A stretch of DNA of 42,509 bases, from positions 3,760,817-3,803,325 of the forward strand of contig NC_068987.1 of assembly GCF_001194135.2 (NCBI RefSeq), given 5' to 3'. Below the pieces are notes generated by a model. The model was not told where the DNA came from. It searched no databases and worked only from the letters and a program-made list of their open reading frames with translations. The position numbers and the translations under genes were made by a program. Below, one piece after another: positions 35,587 to 42,509 of this stretch (position 1 is its first letter; every line of letters begins with the position of its first letter). The DNA comes from Octopus bimaculoides. Lineage: Eukaryota.

Positions 35587-36757
35587 CTAAACAAGAAACA
35601 GAAACAAAAGAGTAATTCACATTAAATAGACATTTTATTTATTGTACAACTAAAACCCAAAACAGAATCTAAAAATATAAAACATGCCATGCTTGAGAAG
35701 ACCTGTCAAGCTAAGTGGGATCATAGTCATGGCTGATGCCCGTGTCGTGTCACTGGCACCGGTGCTGGTGGTATGTAGAAAGCACTGTTTGAAGATTGGG
35801 CCTCACAGAGGCAGGGACAAGTGACCGAGACCTTTGATGGACATGCCATGTTTAAGAAGACCTGTCGAGCCAAGTGAAATTGTATTCATGGCCGATGTCA
35901 ATGTTATGCAACTGGCACCTGTGTCAGTGATATGAAGATAGCACTTGCTACACCCTTGAAGTGGTTGGCATTAGGAAGGGCATCCGGCCATAGAAACCAG
36001 GTCGAATCAGACTGGAACCTGGTGCAGCTCCCCAGCTTACCAGTTTTCAGTCAAACTGTCCAACCCATGCCAGCATGGAAAACGGACATTAAATTATGTT
36101 GCTTTGATTAATGTTCACCACCACCACCACCATCATTTAACGTATGATATGGGCTGGATGGTTTAGCAAGATCCAGCAAGCTGTAAGACCACGTCAAGCT
36201 TTAATGTCAGCCCTGGCCATGGTTTCTACAGCAGGATGCCCACCCCAATGCCACCCACTTTACAAAATGTATTGAGTGCCAGTTTTTGGTGACACTGACA
36301 CAAGTGGGATCTCTAAGTAATTCACAAGACAAAGAAAGAAAGAAAGAAAGAAAGAAAGAAGAAATATCACATCTTCCTTGTCTGAGGGCATGTGTGGAAG
36401 TATTTGAGAGGAGACAGTGGCTTTTTGCCAGGTGTAATCATGTGTGTGTGTGTGTATCTTTGTTTGTCCCCCCCATCTCAGTGTTGGTTTGTTTACAACC
36501 CTGTACCATAGCAGTTTGGTAAATGAGAATGATAAAATAAATGCCAGACTTAAAAAAACAATAAGTACTGGGGTTGATTTGTTTGACTAAAAATTCTTCA
36601 AAGCAGTGCCCCAGCATGGCCACAGTCTAACGACTGAAACAAATAAAACCAAAAACAAACAAAACATAGTTTTCAAAATGATTCTCAATATTCTTGCATG
36701 TTTTCTGTTTTTATTTCTTATAACTGAACTTGTTGAAATATTCTTCAAAGAACTTAC

Positions 36758-36834
36758 TGATATACAACCCTTTGTACAATGCTGGGTCTCTCTGCTGCTC
36801 GGTAAAAGTGAAATAATGTGATCGTAGCCCATTT
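36758..36834 (-). CDS. MTTP: MTTP exon, 77 nt: MGYDHIISLLPSSRETQHCTKGCIS
   Basis: Acceptor tatttacag, donor TCA|gtaagt, phase 1/0. HCTKGC matches MTP HCKGC. Confidence 0.88.
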
Positions 36835-36914
36835 CTGTAAATAAATATTGGAAAATGGTCAAAAGAAACCAGAAGAAGAGAACAATCTGTTCTAAACTGA
36901 GATTGAAATTTATC

Positions 36915-37186
36915 CTGACTGGTACCAATGCCGGTGGCATGTAAAAAGCATCATTCAAGCATGACCGATGCCAGTGTCACCTGACTGGCCCTCGTGCCAG
37001 TGACACGTAAAAAGCTCCCACTACACTCTCGGAGTGGTTGGCATTAGGAAGGGCATCCAGCTGTAGAAACCTTGCCAGGTCAGATTGGAGCCTGGTGCAG
37101 CCTCCTGGCTTGCCGATCCTCAGTCAGACTGTCCAACCCATGCCAGCACGGAAAACAGACGTTAAACAATGATGATGATGATGATG
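36915..37186 (+). mobile_element. Family C copy. Others at about 19405-19572, 24900-25048, 25595-25917, 28965-29198, 33915-34132, 35681-36090, 41180-41418 (+) and 32910-33100, 37512-37830, 42140-42509 (-)
   Basis: Shared gtggttggcattaggaagggcatccagctgtagaaac core and (GAT)n tail. Confidence 0.85.
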
Positions 37187-38094
37187 ATTTAACTAAAACA
37201 GTTTTATTTATTTCTTTTGTCTTTTATTTTTTACTTGTTTCAGTCATTAGACATATATATATATATAAATATATAGCAGGCTTCTTTCGGGTTCTGTCTA
37301 CCAAATCTAGTCACAAGGTTTTGGTTGTCCTGAGGCTATAGTAGAAGACACTTGTTGAATGGGCTACACAATGGGATTGAACCTGGGACCATGTGGTTGA
37401 GAAACAAACTTCTTACCACACAACCATGCCTGCATAAATAGAATAAATTCTATTTACACAACAGAAGCTGCTCTATGATAAATATATCATCAATATGAGC
37501 TATTTAAATGTATCATCGTTTAACGTCCACCTTCCATGCTGGCATGGGTGGGATGGTTTGCCGGGAGCTGACCAGGCAGAAGCCTGCACCTGACTTCTGT
37601 GACTGTTTTGGCAGGATTTTTACAGCTGGATGCCCTTCCTAACACCAACCACCCAGCAGAATGGACTTAATGCTTTTTACACGGCACAAGCACAGGCAAG
37701 ATCAGCTTTGGCAAGGTTTTTTACAGCTGGATGCCCTTCCAAATGCCAACCATTTTTCAGTGTGGACTGGATGCATTTTAAGTAGCACCTGCACTGACAG
37801 GGTCACCAAGTAATTTGCAAGACAAAAACTTTTTGTGAGGGGAGGGGGCATTGGAGGAGGTGGTGATGGAAAGGTTATAGTGAGACAGATATAGGTGTCT
37901 TGCTGAAGAGGAAGTACAAGGATACCCTGCTGGAGAGAGACAAAAATCATTTACGAGAAGAGGGGCCATTGGAGGAGGTGATCTTGTATTAGATGAGGAA
38001 AGGATATAGTGAGAGAGAGAGAGAGAGAAACAAGGGATAGAGATTAAAAGAATCTCAGTACCTATAAACCCCTAATCAAAGGTAATTGACTTAC

Positions 38095-38183
38095 TGGTGT
38101 CTAAGAAATTTTCTGCTTCATCAAGATTTGGAATTATCATTTTCTCTTTCGTTTCCACCTGACCAGTCAATTTTAACTTTTGG
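38095..38183 (-). CDS. MTTP: MTTP exon, 89 nt: QKLKLTGQVETKEKMIIPNLDEAENFLDT(K)
   Basis: Acceptor tttttttgtag, donor A|gtaagt. Phase 2/1 links the flanking exons. QKLKL matches MTP QKLEL. Confidence 0.88.
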
Positions 38184-38305
38184 CTACAAAAAAAAGTAAA
38201 GAAAAATATATAAATAATAAAATATAATAGATTTCAATACAATTTGTAATGTAAAAGAAAAAAAAAATCCTGCAATTAGATGTTTCTAGAAATTTGGGAT
38301 GACAA

Positions 38306-38672
38306 GTGTGGCTGTGTGGTAAGAAGCTTGCTTCCCAACCACATGGTTCTAGGTTCAGTCTTTGGGCAAGTGCCTTCTACTGTAGCTTTGGGCTGACCAA
38401 AGTCTTGTGAGTGGATTTGGTTTATGGAAACTGAAAGAAGCCAGTCTTGGGTGTCTTTGCATCTGTGTTTGTCCCCAACCACTGCTTGACAACTGGTGTT
38501 GGTGTGTTTATGTCCCCATAACAAAGCAGTTCGACAAAAGAGATTGATAGAATAAGTATCAGGCTTTACAAAAAAAAGAAAATACTGGGGTCAGTTTGTC
38601 CGATTCAAATTCTTGGAGGAGGTGCTCCAGCAAGGTCGCAGTCTGATGACTGAAACAAGTAAAAAGATAAAT
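38306..38672 (+). mobile_element. SINE family A copy in an MTTP intron. Others at about 26365-26515(-), 33700-33840(+), 34230-34378(-), 35190-35400(+), 36440-36645(+), 37230-37430(-), 40285-40440(-)
   Basis: tggctgtgtggtaagaagcttgcttcccaaccacatggttctaggttcagtc head and the matching 3' body. Confidence 0.85.
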
Positions 38673-38795
38673 AAAAAACCAAGCAACATAAAAATTTCCA
38701 CACGACGATGAGGAGGAAGAGGAAGAGGCAGCCAATGAAATTCATATTTAAATGGGAAAATCTTAATAATTAAATTTCGCTTCAATTATACTCAC

Positions 38796-38935
38796 AAAAC
38801 ATCAATTTTAGCACCCATTGATGCGTTTAGGTTTATTTTCAGTTGGCTGGCACTGTTTCCAACAGCTGTGTCTATGATACCATTTTTCAGAATATAGGAA
38901 ATCGCTGACGTGGAAGATGTAGAAACACCCAACAA
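38796..38935 (-). CDS. MTTP: MTTP exon, 140 nt: LLGVSTSSTSAISYILKNGIIDTAVGNSASQLKINLNASMGAKIDV(F)
   Basis: Acceptor ttttgcag, donor TT|gtgagt (phase 2). Matches MTP [21 protein letters not shown]. Confidence 0.92.
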
Positions 38936-39537
38936 CTGCAAAATAACAAAATAATTAGAGTAAAACTTTCGAATGGAATGTTTTTTTGATTTCGTTTAGG
39001 GGATTCTTGATGTGAACAGATTTTGGTGTATCTTGGGAGGGTCAATGTGGATGGTTTGACAAGGTCCAATGTGTCTAAGGGACTGCATCAAGCACCAATT
39101 GTCTGTTTTGGAATGGTTTTTACGGTTGAATGCCTGTCCTGATGCCAACAATTCAGTTTGGAGTCGGTGCTTTTTTTTTTGTGTGTGCCACTTGCATTAT
39201 TGAAGTTGCCAGGCAGTTTGCAGAAACATAAGCCCTGGGGGGAAGTGGGGGGGGAGCTTCATGTGAGGGGACAAGGGGATTACTACATGTGTAGCGAAGC
39301 AGATCCTTCAGTAGGAGTTAAGGAGAGGGGGAGAAATAGAAAATGGTCAGTAGGAGCTGCAAGACATAGACAATGGCAAACTGTAGAATTCCATTAGTTT
39401 TCTAAATGTGATTACATTCGGTTAATTAACCGAATGCAGTAACAAAAAAATTGAATTAGCAAAATACCAATAAAGTTAAATGACTTTAAAATATTTTAAT
39501 TAGAATTTGTGCTTCCAAAAAATAAGTAAAAACTCAC

Positions 39538-39654
39538 TTTTTCTGCTCCAGAGAAATCTCCTGCAATTTCCATATTGGTACAGTTTTCTTTGATTTTAAT
39601 TATGCGGCCTCCCATGTTTGTGTATTTAACAGAACAATTTCCTGATATGTCAAG
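39538..39654 (-). CDS. MTTP: MTTP exon, 117 nt: LDISGNCSVKYTNMGGRIIKIKENCTNMEIAGDFSGAEK
   Basis: Acceptor cattttag, donor AAA|gtgagt. DISGNC..Y matches MTP VDISGNCKVTY, with both cysteines of the N-terminal disulfide. Not in the ORF track. Confidence 0.93.
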
Positions 39655-39808
39655 CTAAAATGTGAAAGTGAGATGTTAGTTATGAGGAAACACATTTCCA
39701 TTAACAACAACAACAACAACAACAACAACCGTCAAATGTAAATAATGTAAATAATGTACATAATTCCTCATCTCTTGAATATAGAACTGTATTGAAGAAT
39801 ATACTAAC

Positions 39809-40015
39809 CTCTGTTGATGTTTCTTCTGATATCTTCATCTGGAATAAATTAATGATACCTTTCTTGAAGTTTGTTGAAAATATGGAATCAGTTGCTGCCA
39901 AATATAAATTGCTCACTTCTCCGTTTTCATGGATTTCAAAGAATATGGGAAACTTCTGGAGCCGTTTTATATATTTCAGATGAGAACCTGTGGCTTCTTT
40001 ATCCGGTTTGAGGAC
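39809..40015 (-). CDS. MTTP: MTTP exon, 207 nt: VLKPDKEATGSHLKYIKRLQKFPIFFEIHENGEVSNLYLAATDSIFSTNFKKGIINLFQMKISEETSTE
   Basis: Acceptor tttttctag, donor GAG|gttagt, phase 0/0. NFKKGIINLFQ matches MTP NIKRGLASLFQ. Confidence 0.9.
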
Positions 40016-40734
40016 CTAGAAAAGAATATGTTTACAAAGATATTGAACTATTTACAACAGCATTCATCATCATCGTTTTAGCATCCACTTTTCCATGCTT
40101 GCATGAGTTGGATGGATACATGTTGAAGGTGGATGTTTTGTGGTTGGATGCTCTTCCTGTCCCAAACTCTCATCTGTTTCCAAGTAAGGTAATACTTCCC
40201 CATGGAAAGGAAGGACACTGCCCGCATGATGTTGACATCCATTTACAACCACAATGTGATGTGAGACAGTAACACACATACACATGTGATGGGCTTCTTT
40301 CAGTTTCCTTCTACTAAATCCACTTACAAGGCTTTGGTTGACCCAGGGTTATATTAAAAGACACTTGCCCAAGGTGCCACACAGTAGGACTGAACTTGAA
40401 AGCTGGTGATTGAGAAACAAATTTCTTACCACACAGCCATGTCACATCATTTGTATTAAACAGTGAATTAATTAACTGGCACTCCATTCGTTGCGACAAC
40501 AAGGATTCCAGTTGATCTGATCAATGGAAGAGCCTGCTCGTGAAATGAACGTGCAAGTGGCTGAGTACTCCACAGACATGTGTACCCTTAACGTGGTTCT
40601 CAGGGAAATTCAACGTGACACAAAGTGTGACAAGGTTGGCCCCTCTGAATTACTGATATCACTCATTTTTGTCAGCTGAGTGGCTAAGCCACGCACCTTC
40701 ACTACAGTGAATTGATTATCTCAAATACTGTTTC

Positions 40735-40940
40735 AAATTTTGACACAAGGCCAGCAATTTCTGGGGAGGGAGTAAGTCGATTACATCAATCCCCAGTACA
40801 CAACTGGTACTTATTTTGTTGATCCTGACAGAATGAAGGGCAAAGTCGACCTTGGCAAAATTTGAACTCAGAACATAAAAATGGACAAAATACCACTAAG
40901 CATTTTGCCTGGCATACTAACAACCCTATCAGCTTGCCGC
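40735..40940 (-). mobile_element. SINE family B copy in an MTTP intron
   Basis: ttttgacacaaggccagcaatttc...gggcaaagtcgaccttggcaaaatttgaactcagaac. Confidence 0.8.
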
Positions 40941-41671
40941 ATTAATTATCTCAAATGCCGCAATGATTTAACATAATTTTCTGACAAAGAAATGGCTGAT
41001 AAACCCACCTCATTTAATTTTCTATGAATTTTATTAATATTGTTTTAAAAATATTACTTTTGGGAATGCTCTGAGTTTGTGCCTTGTTTCCCTTATCAAA
41101 AGTCTCTCTATCTTTTATCTTTTGTTTTACTTCTTTCAGCTGAAGGTCTTTGTCTTGCAAGCTATTTGGTAATCCTGCTGGTACTGGTGGCACGTAAAAA
41201 GCACCTGTCCTGGTGCTGCATAAAAGCACCCATACTGGTGCCCTGTGAAAAGCACCCAGTACACTCTGTAAAGTGGTTGGCATTAGGTAGGGCATCCAGC
41301 CGTAGAAACCATACCAAAGCAGTCAATTGGAGCCTGGTGTAGCTCTATGGTTTGCCAGCTCCTGTTAAATCATCCAATCCATGCCAGCATGGAAAACGGA
41401 TGGATTAATGGATGATGATATGTGTGTGTGTGTGTGTGTGTGTGTGTTTGGCTTTAAGCCAAACCAGTACTGTCACCAAAACAGGTCCACTGTCCCATCA
41501 GTTGTGTACCATATTGTCACTATCCAAATGGCTGCTCCCAATCGTCTTGTTCTGTTAGATGAAACAATAGCTACAATCTAAAGGAATTCATCAACACCAA
41601 ATAAAATAACTAATAAGTACAAAGATAACGAGCGTTACATGATTGAGAGGAGGAATATAAATTATAATACA

Positions 41672-41678
41672 AATAATA

Positions 41679-41735
<57 letters not shown>
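41672..41735. repeat. (AAT)n microsatellite
   Basis: Read directly. Confidence 0.95.
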
Positions 41736-41736
<1 letters not shown>

Positions 41737-41737
41737 T

Positions 41738-41797
41738 GTTTTGAATGGCACGACAATGCACTATAAGAACATAGTGCATTGTTGTGTCATTCAAAAC
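41738..41797. repeat. 27-bp stem, 6-nt loop hairpin next to (AAT)n in an MTTP intron
   Basis: gttttgaatggcacgacaatgcactat-aagaac-atagtgcattgttgtgtcattcaaaac, 25/27 Watson-Crick pairs. Confidence 0.95.
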
Positions 41798-41878
41798 CCT
41801 TTATTCTTTACAAACAATACACAATGCTTCATGCAAACTACAATACTCTCCTATAATACAAATAATTTGTGGACTAAC

Positions 41879-42048
41879 CTGTAACTTGACAAACTTCCTC
41901 TTTTCAAGTTGATACAAAGGGGTAACAGTAATCTTTGCCAAGATGAGTTTGTCCTCATTTGTGGTTTTGTGATGGACTTCATTGAATAAAACTGAAGTTT
42001 CATATTGATACTGATAAGAAACACCTACTTGAAATCCAGCTGTAAGGT
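41879..42048 (-). CDS. MTTP: MTTP coding exon 1 of 17 in window (probably gene exon 2), N-terminal beta-barrel: (D)LTAGFQVGVSYQYQYETSVLFNEVHHKTTNEDKLILAKITVTPLYQLEKRKFVKLQ
   Basis: Acceptor tttattttgtag, donor CAG|gttagt. Phase-1 start fits an upstream signal-peptide exon. YxYxYxTxVL resembles the MTP/LLTP N-terminus (recalled human YKLTYSTEVLL). Confidence 0.85.
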
Positions 42049-42509
42049 CTACAAAATAAAGCAATTTCAAAAGATCAGGTTTCATTTAAAATATTGCAAT
42101 TGAAAAACAAGCAACTATATTTACTTGTGTGTAACTTATCATTGTCATCGTTATCGTTTAAGTCCGCTTTCCATGCTGGCATGGATTGGATGATTTGACT
42201 GAGGACTGGTGAGCCAGAAGTCTGCCCCAGGCTCCAATCTGATCTGGCGAAGTTTCTACAGCTGGATGCCCTTCCTAATGCCAACCACTCCGAGAATGTA
42301 GTGGGTGCTTTTATGTGCCACTGGCACGTGGGCCAGTCAGGCGGTACTAGCAACGACCACGCTCAAAAGGTGTTTTTTACATGCTACCTTCATGGGAGCC
42401 AGTCCAGCAGCACTGACAACAATCACTCTCGGATGATGCTTTTAACGTTCCACTGGCACGAGTGCCAATCAGGCAGTACTGTCATCGGACAAGTCAGCGA
42501 TTTTGATTT

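Noticed and set aside
21107-42048. Vitellogenin, apolipophorin or apoB identity for the LLTP gene
   Set aside because: It stops after about 870 aa with no vWD domain and carries the MTP-specific FDVxLRPVxFF motif.

Overview
AT-rich, microsatellite- and SINE-dense animal genomic DNA, most likely an octopus (inferred from the SINE families and the repeat load), with four assembly gaps. The right half (21107-42048, minus strand) holds a microsomal triglyceride transfer protein large subunit gene (MTTP). I reconstructed 17 coding exons by hand. All introns are GT-AG, phases chain without a frameshift, and they give 849 aa plus a stop. The first, signal-peptide exon is not seen and presumably lies beyond the right edge. 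The left half has one orphan Ser/Thr-rich candidate exon (4722-5044, minus) in a field of transposon debris: three abundant SINE families, RTE and CR1/L2-type LINE ends, Dong/R4-type LINE ends in (AAT)n tracts, mariner fragments, and hAT and piggyBac MITEs. The least explained signals are long palindromes and hairpins, three of them carrying hammerhead-ribozyme-like (Penelope-type) core relics, plus hairpins and inverted SINE pairs in MTTP introns that could be ADAR substrates. I found no convincing new multi-gene system; the findings are leads.
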